A program made the translations under genes and the position numbers. Below are positions 26,542-41,656 of a stretch of DNA of 64,000 nt, piece after piece. Within the stretch, counting starts at the first letter, position 1. Each line of letters opens with the position of its first letter. Origin of the DNA: Octopus vulgaris. Lineage: Eukaryota. The stretch spans positions 125,984,001 to 126,048,000 of the forward strand of contig OX597818.1 in assembly GCA_951406725.2 (NCBI GenBank). The letters are read 5' to 3'. A model generated the notes under the pieces. It was not told where the DNA came from and did not search any database. It saw only the letters and a program-made list of their open reading frames with translations.

Positions 26542-26852
26542 AGTATGTACGTATGTATGTACGTATGTATGTATGTATGTATGTATGTATGTATGTATGT
26601 ATGTATGTATGTATACTTAGACAGCGTTAGCCCAAGCCATGTCTAATGATAGCACAACTTGGAAAACACAGATGTTTCATATCAGTCGTTGTTTGGGCAC
26701 CATAAGCCATTCAAGTTGAGAGTTATTGTTTGCAGTGATATAGTCGGTGTTAGGTAGTTTATCTGGAATTCGTTGGAGATATTCGCCCAGGAACTACATA
26801 CATACATACATACATACATACATACATACATACATACATACATACATACATA

Positions 26853-27930
26853 CGAGAAACCTAGTTTCAATATGGCTAGACTACAGAAAGCCGTTGACTC
26901 TGTTCCCACCCCACGGATGCTAGAAGCCCTTCAACTTGCTAAAGTTCCAGTGAGAATTGTCAAAGCCATTGGTGACCTGACTTCATCGTGGGCCACCATC
27001 TTGAAATTAAACAGAAAGAGTAACTGTATTATAACCGACAGAATACAGTACTGCAAAGGCATATTCAAAGGAGACAGCCTCTCTGTGATGTTGTTTATAC
27101 TTTCTGTAAACTCCTTGTCATTCATGTTAAGGAAGTCTGAAGGATATCTCACTGGTTCACAAGAAAACAGAAATACCAAAATTACACAATGTTTCTTTGT
27201 CCGAAAATGTCATCATAGTTTTATCTACCGATGAGACAAGGCGTGGTAGCTAGGACACTCTATAATGAAATCCGTCGGAAGGGTAATCCCGAGGACAAAG
27301 AAATAAGAACTCACAATATAGTAAAGGCCATAGCCACTCATAATAAAAAGGAATAAGGGGGGAATGTACAAGTGAAGACTTCAATAAAATATAAGCACAA
27401 CAGACCTGATATAATGATTTTGGGATAGAGAAGAGAAACTGTGCACAGTTGTGGAAATTAGCTACCCAGTAGATGTTAACATAAAGCTGAAGATCACTAA
27501 AAAAGAGAACACCTATGCTGAACTATTGAGAAATCTGCAGTTACTCTATCCAGATTACAAGTTCAGATTTATACCTGTAATTATTGAGGCCCTGGGATAT
27601 GTAGCACACTGCCTAAATACAAATCTTGAGAAATTAGGCTTCTCAAAACCAGAAAGGAGAAAGCTAATTCAAAGACTACAGATCCAGTCCATCACTGGAA
27701 CTGTAAAATTCTGTAAAATTTTCCAGAAGTTTATCATTTAAAAGATATATGAGCATGTCTAGATATGCAACTATATGCATGAGAATACACATAAAATATA
27801 CAAATCGGTACATACATACATACATACGTTGATGATGTTAAAATTGCAATAAAGGAGCCTTAGATCTAGGTTAGTTAGAAACCGGTTCTTTCTCTATTGG
27901 CAAGAAATCTTGAAATAAACTGAATTGTAA
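26853..27930 (+). mobile_element. Decayed non-LTR retrotransposon, RT plus restriction-like endonuclease (R4/Dong-like), in (TACA)n
   Basis: KAVDSVP and GIFKGDSLSVMLF (RT); HNRPDI and EISYP...KENTYAEL...FIPVII.ALG (RLE); internally deleted. Confidence 0.8.
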
Positions 27931-28014
27931 CATACACACATACATACATACATACATACATACATACATACATACATACATACACACATGCATACATACA
28001 CACTCACGCACACA

Positions 28015-28061
<47 letters not shown>

Positions 28062-28283
28062 ATATACACTCTATTTTACTGAAACCGAAAGAACTTCATG
28101 GTCTAATTTTGTCCGAATTACTGATTTATTATTACTGTCTGACGAACGTTTACATGAAAGTGAGTAATATTTTGTGAAAAATGTTTTCAGCTTCAGTTTA
28201 AAACAATAATACTCAATTACCAAAGGTATTTGGGTACTGTTGTTTCTTCCTTGTTTTGCACCTATGTGCTTACCTGTGTCTGA

Positions 28284-28336
<53 letters not shown>

Positions 28337-29816
28337 TATCTATACACACATACACATGCACCAGATTATTGGTTTTATCGGAACGGCGAGATCTCGTTAA
28401 AAAATGGCGCTGGCTTCTTGTGCCTTGCTACAAATTTTGGGGATTAATGCCCAAGCCTAACTTATTGGTAGTACTGTTTCTCTCAGTATCTAAGTAGGTC
28501 AGTTCAACTACCATAGGGTCGCATAGAACAGTTGTACACTCAGAATACCTTACTGAAATATTCTTGGGCTACTTTCAGTGTGTTTTGTTATTTTTATCGT
28601 CTGTACGCGTATGATGTATTCATTTCTCCCTTTATTATTTAACAGGCGCTCATTGAGGGGTACCATGCGAGACACAAAGATCATTGCGACGGACCTTATG
28701 TCGTCCATTTAACACGGATCCTGTCACTGTTCATGTAGAAGTTATCCGTGGTACTTAGTGTGTCCATCTCTGGCGTTCATACTTTTCGAAGTCTGTTAAA
28801 GTAATGTATGTATGTATGTATGTATGTATGTATGTATGTATGTATGTATGTATGTATGTATGTATGAAACAAGACCCAGAAAAATGTTATTTTTAAGCTC
28901 TGGTTTACACTCGTTATCGAACCGACGACCATCGCGAATGTATGCGTGTATATATGCTTACATATATTTACGTATAATGCATGTATGCATACATGTATGT
29001 ACGTATATAGGTATGTATGTATGTATGTATGTATGTATGTATGTATGTATGTATGTATGTATGTATGCATGTATGTATGCATGTATGTATGTATGTATTT
29101 ATGTATGTATGTAGGTAGGTAGGTAGGTAGGTAGGTAGGTAGGTAGCCGTTGGGTAGGTATGCTTACCTTGAAGTTCTGTTTAAGTTAAGTCCTCCATTA
29201 AATTCAAGCCGGTCATTAAAATGTCACGAAACTTTCTTTGATACAAGACACTCCTAGGGAATTATGAACATGCGAGTATGAGCTAATGTGTGCATAAATA
29301 TAAAGAACTCTGTAGGTGTACTTGTACACATGTAAGGGGCGTATGCACCCTTTTAATTCGCGTGTGCATGTTTGTGTGTGAGTGTGTGTAAGTGAGAACA
29401 ATTGCTCTGTATTTACGTGTGTAAATGACAATATATAATGTGCAGATTATATCATTGTGCACATATGTTCGTTTTATTGAGAAATTTCAGGAGACATCAA
29501 TCCGATGATATTTCAGTCTGCAGTTGAAATAGTTTCCGGTCATTTTGCTGATGTCTATCACTGGATATTTGTGTATAGGTACTTAAAGGTTGACATACGT
29601 GTTATACTTATGTATATCACTATAATCCAATGATGTTCAGATTTCTCATCAGCCAGTCTTATGGGTAATGAGACGGCTAACATCTAGCATGGCGAAGCAA
29701 TCAGCATTATAAATTTACTCTCCTTTTCAAAGAATTTGAGAAAAAGATATCAAAGAGAGGGGGAGAGAGGGGAGACAAACAGACAGATGGGCAGACAAGC
29801 GGGCAGAGAAAGAGAC

Positions 29817-29863
<47 letters not shown>

Positions 29864-29982
29864 AAAAAAGAAAGAAGGAAAAAAGATATGAGAAAGCTAG
29901 ATGGGATATGTGGAGAGAATATTGTCATCAATTGTTAGGATACGATCTTGATGTGTGTTGGAATTAACATTAACTGAAGAAA

Positions 29983-30180
29983 GGGCGGTCAACTGGCAGA
30001 AGAATGCTTAGCGGCATTTCGTCTGTCTTTGCATTTTGAGTTCAAATTCCGCTGAGTTCGGCTTTGCCTTTCGTTCATTTGGGGTCAATAAAATAAGTAC
30101 CAGTTGAGCACTGGAGTCCATCTAATCGACTAAGTCTCTTCCCGAAATTTCTGGCCTTGTGCCAAAATTTGAAGCCAACA
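29983..30180 (+). mobile_element. tRNA-derived SINE with Nin-like central domain
   Basis: GAGTTCAAATTCCGC...CTTTGCCTTTC.TTC.TTTGGGGTC.ATAAAATAAGTACCAG. Confidence 0.75.
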
Positions 30181-30683
30181 TTAACTGAAGGCTAGATGTA
30201 TATGAAACGATCGCAAATAACCGAAAGCAGCTAAGTATCACGTTCATAGTACAGCGGATTATATAACATTTAACCTGTATTGCTCTTTGAATAGGAACCC
30301 CGTAGTCTCTATTTAAAGGGTTACAATGTTCATATAGTTAGTTCAACGCTGTAAAACACTTCGTTAATGTAAAACTAATGAAAAGCTAACTTCAAAAATC
30401 TTCGGCGAGTATAATTTGGGAAATTATGGCTTCAGTAAATAACACTCACCCCAGGGACACTGAATGAAGACAAAATATTCAGTGCTATCTTGATAAGCCA
30501 CTTCATTGCAGAACACAAAGAAAAATCTGAATATGCTAGACTGAAGTGAATAGTTGAACTCTAGTTAAATTTCTTTAACCATGACATCTACACGTATGTA
30601 TTTACTCACACATATATGTGTGTCTCTGTGTGGCAATGACTTTATATATTATTCTTCATACATAATGTATACAAACTATTATT

Positions 30684-30726
<43 letters not shown>

Positions 30727-30761
30727 TCATGCATATATATGTATATATATGTATATATATG

Positions 30762-30816
<55 letters not shown>

Positions 30817-31155
30817 CAATTATAAATAATTATATATATGTGTGTATTCATGCATTGATTAACGTAGTTAAATAAGATGTTATGTAATTAGAAATTGACT
30901 TCAATACAGCTTGACAGTCACAAACGACCACAGCGGATGAACTCACGTCCACATAGACATAGATGATACCCACACTCACCTAAACAAACGCACATACACA
31001 AACTTATTAAATAGAACGAGCACGACACCACTTATTCCAATTATTAAATGTGTGCAAATGAGTGCTTTGATGTACTCTCTCTGTGTCTCTGTCTCTGTCT
31101 GTCTGTCTGTCTCTCTCTCTTTCTCTTACTCTGTATATCTATATCTATATATATA

Positions 31156-31207
<52 letters not shown>

Positions 31208-31424
31208 CTTTCTTCTGTCTTCCGCAAGTCGATCTTCAAGAAAGCGTTCCAACGAATTTTTCCACCGTCTAGGCCTAAAAAAAGCCCTTATTGTTGGTTT
31301 CCTTGTCCTGTTTTTATTCTTTATGTGTATTGTTTTTTTTTCTTCATTTGTATTGCTTTTACGTCCTGTTCTTGTCACTTTTTTTACCCCTCTGCAAAAG
31401 AATTTTATTTAATTCATTTTGCAG

Positions 31425-31629
31425 GAAGGATTGTTTCAGCCGGATCGTGTTCTGCCCTTACCTTCGAAACACGCATTGAATCGAAACAGGGGCAGCTGAT
31501 GAAGAGGAATATTCCTTGTATTTTTTGTCTTGTACGCTGTTTTTTCGTTGTTAAAAAAAGTCCGTTTCCTTGTTTGATTTTATGTTTTCGTTTCTCGTTG
31601 TGTTCTACGTTTATTTGTGGTGTCCTGTA

Positions 31630-31633
<4 letters not shown>
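31425..31633 (+). mobile_element. PLE-type terminal-repeat fragment with scrambled-order HHR-like motif
   Basis: Same family as 11590-11765 (-) and 32090-32253; ends at (TA)n. Confidence 0.55.
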
Positions 31634-31691
<58 letters not shown>

Positions 31692-31907
31692 TGTATATAT
31701 ACATCTAAACTTAGATAAACTTAGATATGTTTCGACCAAAGATTGGTCCAGGCCATGTCTAACTTAATAGCACCACCTGATTATGTAGGTATAGATGTAG
31801 GTATGTGCATATATTTATGTATGTATGCATATGTTTTATTTATTAAATTGTTATTATTTGATTGAACGCCTCGCGTTGTTTTCTTATTCTCCAACTAAGT
31901 TTTTATT

Positions 31908-31980
<73 letters not shown>

Positions 31981-32331
31981 GAGCAATCTTCAGCTGCATA
32001 AAAATATAGAATTTAGTTAAATTCCAAGGATTCATTTGTATAGTTTTTCTATTAACCAAAATCACAAAGAGGATAACTTCTCCTCTTTGTTTCGAAGAGC
32101 CGAACAGGGGCAACTGAAGAAGGGGAATATTCCTTGTGTTGTATGTCTTGTACTCTGATTTTTTCGTTGTTTGAAAAAAAGTTTGTTTCCATGTTCTTGT
32201 TTTTATGTTTTCGTTTCTTATTGTGTTCGACGTTTTTTTGGTGTCCTGTACCCATATATGCATGTATATATACATATAGATGTAGGTATGTACATATATG
32301 TATGTATACATGCATATGTTTTATATATTAT

Positions 32332-32409
<78 letters not shown>

Positions 32410-33378
32410 TATATGTATGTATGTATGTTTGCATGTATGCATTGTATAATTGTATATACACTCAAAAGTATTTATGTGAATGTGTGTGTGTATGCATGTG
32501 TGTGTGTGTGCGCGCGTGCGTTGACAGCTAGTTGATAAGCAAACAAGTATGTCATAGTGAAAACTAGACTGGCTTTAAACAGCTGATATTCACCGTGAAA
32601 GATGACACAAAAATACATTTATAAACGTTCCATGTATATACGTATACATACATACATACATACATATATATATATATATACACGCATGTACATTTACATG
32701 TTTGAAGACACATATATATGTGTATGTGTGTGTGTGTGTTTGTACATGTGTACAGAATAAAATACGAAATAGGCGTTCGTTATGGGTGGTGTGTAGAAAG
32801 GGAATCTTAATATGATTAGGTTGTGGCAGAGAATAACAAGATAGCGAGATGAACATAAGACCGTCGGTGCCACACATTTGGCGTGTAATTAACATAGCTT
32901 GTCCATATAATAGTTTATCATGCTGGTGTATGGCACTGTGTGAGAGAATACGTATTTGTGTGTGTGTGTGTGTGAGTGGTATAGATATTTCGTATGATTC
33001 GTTGGTAGTCGTGTGTAATAATTGTAAAGTATGGCATAATGTAATATTCAGTTATATATGGCTACGCTGTATCGTCGTTGTTGTGTTGCGCTTATTAAGT
33101 ACACATGCGATGAAAGACAATCCAAACATAAACATCTTGACAGTGGCGTGGATTTGGTTGCTATTTCTAGCATCTTGTGCGATCAGATAGAAGCATCATC
33201 GTGGGCTCGTAATGTAGTGTGGTACGATATAAATGTGTGTGTGTGTACGAGTGTGCGCGCGTGCAAGTGTGTGCACTTGTGTGTGTATGTGTATGTGCAT
33301 GTGTGTGCCTACGTGTGTGTATGTGTGTGTGTGTGTGTATACCTGTGTGTGTTTGTGTGTGTGTGCATGTGTGTGCCT

Positions 33379-33410
<32 letters not shown>

Positions 33411-33855
33411 ATGCATAGACATTGTGTTACTATTTTGTTTCTGAACGTAAATTTCCGTCCTATATATATTTATTTTGTTGTGTATTTTCTGTAATGTCTT
33501 CGTGTGTCCATCTCCTCAATGATGTTATTTATATCCCTGGTGCAACCAGAGAAAGAGTATTATGGACTTTAAACGTGCGAAACTTCTGACTTTAAACGCG
33601 CGAAACTACCCTTGTAATCTGGATTTCCACGTCTTATAAGAGGATTTCTTTTCTATCGTTCTACTAATCATTTTCATGTTCTATTTTGAATATTCTGGTT
33701 TGATCGTAGATGGATTAAGTATGCTATAGTGTTGTATCATGTCATTTTGGAAATGGCGTGATTTAATTTATCCATAAGTCATGCCTCCTCGATTCATCTA
33801 TTCTCAAAGTTGCATGGGATTGAACCTATTACATACTGGATAAAAATATATTAAA

Positions 33856-34222
33856 AACAAGAGAACTCAGATAGTGCAAACCTCCGCCAAGGTAACACCA
33901 ACGTTCTCTCAGCGATTAGCCAGAGATGATTTTTTTAAATGAGAATATCTTAAATAAACTCGACTACTCTCACAAGCGAGAATACTAAAAATGAACCTGA
34001 CCGCTCTCAAAAATTAAGTAAAAATCCAGAAAAATAATCCAGAATCCTTGTCCGGTACCGGATCGATCCCAAAATCTAATTAGCTCGTGCCGGTCACGAC
34101 GCCAAACATCCCTGAAAGCTACATCCATTCTGTGCATTTTGAGATATCTTGTCCACGGTCAAACAGACAAACAAACGCGACTGAAGACAGTACCGCCGCC
34201 TTCGTGAAAACGGAGGTAGTAA
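33856..34222 (+). mobile_element. Helentron-associated (HINE/DINE-like) non-autonomous element
   Basis: Subterminal ACCTCCG / CGGAGGT inverted motif, short ACAG/ACAA repeats and a 3' hairpin. Confidence 0.4.
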
Positions 34223-34508
34223 AAATTATTCCAGTATGAGATTTAACGGTGGTTTTTTAGTGATTGCAACTATTACGAGGGAGGAAATCATTTCATAGTT
34301 CGAGGCAGAAGGAGAAGTTTAAAATTTAAGCATAGAATTACCATAATGTGTATCTGTTTATTAGAAAGTTTCTAAGAATTTTTAGCTGGTGATTATCATG
34401 TGTGACACTCTTTTATTCTTTTCTGATATCGTCAGTCTGCTTGGCCTATGGCTTATTAATTAAATATTACTTTACGAAGTACAACATTTTGTGAAGGATT
34501 TAATATAT

Positions 34509-36783
34509 AAACAACAACAACAACAAAAACAACAACAACAACAACAAGAACAAGAAGAAGAAGAAGAAGAAGAAGAAGAAGAAGAACAACAACAACAACA
34601 ACAACACGAACAACAACAAGAACAACAACAACAAGAACAAGAACAACAAGAACAACAAGAACAACAACAAGAATTAACAACTAGAACAACAACAACAACA
34701 AGAACAACAACAACAACAAGAACAAGAACAACAACAAGAACAAGAACAACAAGAACAAGAACAAGAGCAAGAAGAAGAAGAAGAACAACAACAACAACAA
34801 CAACACGAACAACAACAAGAACAACAACAACAAGAACAAGAACAACAAGAACAACAAGAACAACAACAAGAATTAACAACTAGAACAAGAACAACAACAA
34901 GAACAGCAAGACCAACAAGAACAACAACAAAAACAACAACAACAGCAACAACAAGAACAACAACAACAACAAGAAAAAGAATAATAATAATAATAATAAC
35001 AACAACAACAACAACAACAACAAAAAACAGTAAGAACAACAACAAGAACAACAACAAGAACAACAACAAGAACAACGACAACAACATTAACTACAAGAAC
35101 AACAACAACAAGAACAAAACAAGAACAAGAACAAGAACAAGAAGAACAACAACAACAAGAACAACAACAACAACCACCAGAACAAGAACAACGACAACAA
35201 CATTAACTACAAGAACAACAAGAACAACAAGAACAACAACAACAACAAGAACAACAACAACAACAAGAACAAGAACAACAACAAAACAACAACAACAACA
35301 ATAAGAAGAACAACAAGAACAAGAACAACAACAGAAACAACAAGAACAAGAACAACAACAACAACAAAAACAAGAACAGCAAGAACAAGAACAAGAACAA
35401 CAACAAAAAGGACAACAACAACAACAAGAACAACAACAAGAACAGCAACAAGAACAACAAGAACAACAAGAACAACAAGAACAACAAGAACAACAACAAG
35501 AATTAACAACTAGAACAAGAACAACAACAAGAACAGCAAGACCAACAAGAACAACAACAAAAACAACAAGAACAAGAACAACAACAACAACAAAAACAAG
35601 AACAGCAAGAACAAGAACAAGAACAACAACAAAAAGGACAACAACAACAACAAGAACAACAACAAGAACAACAACAAGAACAACAACAACAACAAGAACA
35701 ACAAGAACAACAACAACAACAACAAGAACAACAACAAGAACAACAAGAACAACACCAAGAACAACAAGAACAAGAACAACATCAACAACAACAACAACAA
35801 CAAAAACAACAACAGGAAGAACAAGAAGAAGAAGAAGAAGAACAACAACAACAATAAGAACAAGAACAACAACAGCAACAACAACAAGAGCAACAACAAG
35901 AACAAGAAGAAGAAGAAGAACAAGAACAAGTACAAGAACAACAACAACAACAACAAGAACAAGAATAACAACAAGAACAAGAACTACAAGAACAAGAACA
36001 AGGACAAGAACAACAAGAACAAGAACAACAACAACAAGAACAAGAACAACAACAAAAACAACAACAACAACAAAAAGAACAACAACTACAACAACAACAA
36101 GAACTAAAACAACAAGAACAAGAACAAGAACAAGAAGAACAACAACAACAAAAACAACAACAACAAGAACAACAAGAACAACAACAGGAACCACAAGAAC
36201 AACAACAACAACAACAACACCAACAAGAATAACAAGAACAACAAGAAGAACAGCAACAACAACAACAACATAAAGAACAACAACAACAACAACAACAAGA
36301 CCAACAAGAACAACAAAAACAACAACAGCAACAGTAACAAGAACAAGAACAACTACAAGAACAACAACAACAATAAGAGCAAGAACATGAACAAGAAGAA
36401 GAACAACAACAACAAGAACAAGAACAACAACAACAACAACAACAAGTACAAGAACAACAAGAACAACAACAAGAACAACAAGAACAACAAGAATAAGAAG
36501 TAGAACAACAACAAGAACAAAGACAAGAAGAAGAAGAAGAAGAAGAAGAAGAAGAAGAAGAAGAAGAAGAAAAAGAAGAAGAAAAAGAAGAAGAAGAAGA
36601 GGGAGAAGAGGAAGCAGAAGAAGAAGAAGAAGAAAAAGAAGAAGAAGAAGAAGAAGAAGAAAAAAGAAGAAGAAGAAGAAGAAGGAGAAGGAGAAGGAGA
36701 AGAAGAAGAAGAAGATGAAGATGAAGAAGAAGAGAAAGTAGTGGAAGAAGAAGAAGAAGAAGAAGAAGAGAAAGTAGAGGAAG

Positions 36784-36815
<32 letters not shown>

Positions 36816-36853
36816 GAGAAAGTAGAGGAAGAAGAATGAGAAGAAGAAGAAGA
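34509..36853 (+). repeat. 2.3-kb (CAA/GAA)n compound low-complexity repeat
   Basis: Nearly T-free triplet tract grading from CAA-rich to GAA-rich, with a recurring GAATTAACAACTAGAACAA marker. Confidence 0.95.
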
Positions 36854-38760
36854 ATTTTATTTTTCAGTATTAATCATGACATTAGATAGGTAGTCAGAGG
36901 CATATTATTTGAAAGTATACAGGATGTTCGCGGTTGGAGTGCTTTTGATGATAGATCAACTTAATGAGAGCAATATAGCAACAACATCGCTACAACGTAA
37001 TAAATATACAACTGCACATCACATTATGCCATACGTTTGAATTATCATTCACGACTTCCACCAACATCACCCAACAGATCATCATATCAAAGCTCGAAAT
37101 TATATGAAATACAGTTTGTCTTGTTAATTTTTTTTATATATAAACTGAAATAGCAGTAAGTAGGATAAGCAAATAATTTAGTTATTATTAGAATAATGTT
37201 CTACATATTTCAAAATTCTAATTTTCTATTTGTACGTAGGTAAATCCAACACTAGAAACCGAAATATCTCATCTCTCTATGCCCTAAGCACAAGGGGTTT
37301 TTTTTTATGATTAGTCCGGGTCTGGATAGTGAGATGGCGAAATACATCAAGCCAAAAGGTATAGAGATAACCATTAAGGCAGAGGTTTCGTCATTGATTC
37401 TTATGCTGGTGGTGGTGGTGGTGATGGGTGAGGCTGTCTCACAAACAGTATAGGCCCCCAAAGTAAGGCAATGCACTGGGGGATCTTATAAGCACACCCA
37501 TAGCATACCTAAATTATAATTAGGCCTCTTGATCTGCCAGGCTCCAGGACAACTTTCCAGTTTGAGTCCACATCTTGACTGCTTTGGTGGTGAGAATGGA
37601 GAGTGAGGGTCGAAAAGCATGTTATGGTGGTGTATAGAGTGTTGTGCATGAGTTGTTATTGTAATTCAGAATTGTAAGGTACTGTAGAGTCTCTAGTGGT
37701 GTGGTACTCAGTGAATGCATTACGTGCTACCAGTTGGTTTATTGGCGTTGAGAATGATCCGCTGGAATACTTGGGCATTACAAGACTCACGTCGTGTTCT
37801 GTTTTGGTCAGGAGTTGGGATATGAGCTCAGAATGCACAGAGGCGGAATATATTATATAAGATATTCTCTTCGATACCCTAATATTACACAACTCCACGA
37901 CTTTGACTGGCACTTCATTTATCAAGCTTAAAGAAATGAGTGACAAAGTTGACCGAGGCAGAATTTGAACTCAGACTCATATAACCGGAACAAATAAAAC
38001 AAGGCTGTAACGACTCTGCCAAATCAACAAAATGGAACTGATAAGTACGAGAATTAATTAATAGATTAATTTAATCATTTATTTATTTATTTATGCTATT
38101 TTAGCGCTTGGTCAACCCTGTTTGAATAGATCTATCATCCAACGGACCTATATTCCAACAGTGATCATCTCGACATTTTCGTGAGGTAGAGTTGGATACG
38201 GAGAATATAAAACTATATTATCTAATGTATCCTTCCACTTTTTAAAACTATATAGTGGGATTTGGGGTAGGTTAAGCTGCCATTTCTAGCAGACCGAACG
38301 ACATGTATCTACAAGTAAACTGCATATACATGAGGTGCACATGATGCATTTACATAAACCGGAGCACAATGAAAGATCTAGAACGGTTCGTGATAAAGGT
38401 AATTATTTACCCACGGGTACTTCCCTTTGTCTATAACACAAGTTGTATACCCATGTCAGCGAGTTCACCTACCTTTCCTTATCCCTGTTCTGACCCGGTA
38501 ATATGATGTGGTGTTGAATTGCTGCTGTTACGCTCATACACCTTATCACTTCCCTCTAAATAAATTTACATCCCTCAAATTTACGTCCTATTTCATTTGT
38601 CACGACCATCATTATGCACTAACTCGTCACTTGACCTGCTAGAACTAACAGCCAAATTTCTCTAAAATTACACTCCACAGTCTTAGAACAGAACAAAAAA
38701 AATTAAGTAATGTATTGAATAATGTGATGTTAGCTACACGATATCTAAAAAAACAAGTAA

Positions 38761-38990
38761 GGTGGCGAGCTGGCAGAAACGTTAGCACGCCGGGCGAAAT
38801 GCTTAGCGGTATTTCGTCTGCGTTACGTTGTGAGTTCAAATTCCGCCGAGGTTGACTTTGCCTTTCATCCTTTCGGGGTCGATAAATTAAGTACCAGTTA
38901 CGCACTAGAGTCGATGTAATCGACTTAATACCTATGTCTGTCCTTGTTTATCCCCTTTGTGTTTAGCCCCTTGTGGGTAATAAAGAAATA
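38761..38990 (+). mobile_element. tRNA-derived SINE with Nin-like domain
   Basis: GGCGAGCTGGCAGAAACGTTAGC...GAGTTCAAATTCCGCCGAGG..GACTTTGCCTTTCATCCTTTCGGGGTCGATAAA. Confidence 0.85.
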
Positions 38991-39941
38991 TATATCTAAA
39001 AAAAACAAATTCAGGATATAGACGAGTTGGTCACGACTGGAAATCCATTTAATAATATGCCTGCTCGATCACCGCTTACCTTGGGCTAAACAACAGCGAC
39101 AAGGAGAAGAAGAACAAGAACAACAACAACGTAACTCTGGAAAACATTGATGATCATCCCTGTTATTTACTTTACTCCTGGGGAGTAAATGAGCGACATG
39201 GTGCGCAATAGGAGTTGCTGTAATTTCTACCGAACTACCAAGACGTATGAATTCCAACATTGTTTACACAACCCATCTCCTTAGGGATCCGACTCTTATT
39301 TTTACATTACTCCTTTTATTTTTGTTGATGTTGTTGTTATTGTTATTGTGGCTTTTCATATTTAATTATATATATATATATATATATGGTTTTGTTTTGT
39401 TTTCCTTTTTGTCGTTTTACCCAAATGAGCATTTACATCAGATGTTCCCTTTCTTATCCTTATGCCCTAACTTACCACCACCTTCATAGAAGAAGGAAAA
39501 TAATAGCTGTCTCCTTAACGCTGTTGGGCTTTCCACTAATGGATTCTAACTTGTTTGCCATAGTAATATAGTAAAAACATACGGAGGAGGCAGGCGTTTC
39601 ACACTGGATCGTCTTCAACTCATTTCGTCGCTGAAGGCCAGATTTAAACGTATATGTGTACGTATGTGTTACAATCAAGCGACATAGAGTACGTGTGTGT
39701 GTGTGTGTGTGTGCATGTGTGTGAGTTTGTGTGGTATTAAAGTGGAAATTCTTGGCATCTCAAATGTGATACAGGTTTGTGTGTGCATGTATTTATGCGC
39801 GTCAGTGCGTGTATGTGTCTGTACACTAAACATACACACGTTCGCATGTACACACAAGTCAAAGGTTTGTTAATATAGTCGGGTATATTTACATGTGCCT
39901 ATAAACGCATATTAATACATGTATATATGTATATACACACT

Positions 39942-39986
<45 letters not shown>

Positions 39987-41656
39987 TTTACATATACATA
40001 TATATGTGTGTGAATGTGTGAGCATATATATATATATGTATATATATACATATATATATATAAATATATACATATGTACATATATATATACATACATACA
40101 TACATACATACATACATACAGATACACAGTGATAGAGATATATGTATACATGTATGTATATTGGATGTTGAAACGGAAGAAATGTTCTAAACACATTTAG
40201 ATATTTAGTAGTAAACTTTTATTTATTTGCACAAATATTGTTTCAGAAACCGTGATAACGAGTAAATGCATCATTAGGATTAAAACAATATACATATCAT
40301 GTGTGTATGTATGCATGTATGTTTGCTTCCACAACTATGCAAGAATTTTTATATATATATATATATATATATACTAGAATTTCTGTCATTAGAAATTCTC
40401 AGATAGTAACAATCTACCTAAATTGGATTGGGAATGCCACAAGAAAACTTGTGTATGTCTTGTGCTGGGAGATGATTGATAGGAAGCTGTTTTGGTCTTG
40501 GTTTCTCATGAAAGAATATGTTACGTCTCAGTTGTTCTAAATATTTGTCTAAACGACGCACCACTAGTCATCGCATACATATTGGTTCAAATGTGCGTAG
40601 AAATAGAAGCGTATACACATGCATATATAGATACATACATAAATACATGCATGCATACATACATACATACATACATACATACATACATACATACATACAT
40701 ACATACATACATACATACATACATACATACATACAATACATGCATACATACATACATACGTACAATACATGCATACATACCATCGTCGTCGGCATTAACT
40801 CGTATCCGTGTACATGATGTTGATAAGCCACACAAATGGCGAAAAATCGATGTCCATTGCTCCAGAATAGGATTTGGGACGAGTTGTCTCAACTGTCTAT
40901 GAATTTCATGTGTTTTAATACTTGGCGCTTTGAGAAAGTCATCTCCACTGCGTTATTTGTAGCCCACCGGCGAACAAGCAGGGCAAATACTTTGGCTTCT
41001 AATTCATACACACATGGATACATATATCTTAAAACATGAATGTTCAGGTTTCTATGCGTGAATGTGTAAATGTGAAACATAGTAAGGAAAGACAAAAGAC
41101 AAGGATATTAAGTTCCGATCGTAGAGCATATTTCTACACTTGTCGCCGGTTGAGGGCATTGCTCTATTATACCGGTTCTTAAACCTAAGATGCAGCATTG
41201 TTTTAAGGTGTTCCAGAAAGTATCGAGTGAGAAGTTGGCTGCTTAAAAAGAATTGTTTTGTTTTTTTCTTTAGAAATACATATTTAAACCAGGTACAATA
41301 TTTATGTTTGAAACATGTTTTTCAAAATATCCTCTACCTGGATGAAAATATGGATAGAAAATTGAGTTGTCAGTGAGTAGAAACATGACTTATGTGCACC
41401 AAGGTTCACTGTAATTCCGTTAAATATGTGCATGTCTTCTTTGGTAATTTCCATAAAACTAATACATTTGGAGACACCAGTTCGCGCAGCAATAGTAATA
41501 CCAAAAAAGAAAATCTTGATCACCATCTTAATACAGCGTAATTTATCTTGAGAGGATCTATGTAAATTTCGATCGCAGTATAGCCGTGAAAATAGCAGAA
41601 AGATTGGGTAGTTTATCCTTAGAAAACAGAAAAAGGAAAACACGGTTTGCCAGCAA

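Noticed and set aside
35091-36194. 367-aa hydrophobic membrane-like ORF
   Set aside because: It is the antisense reading of the CAA/GAA repeat.
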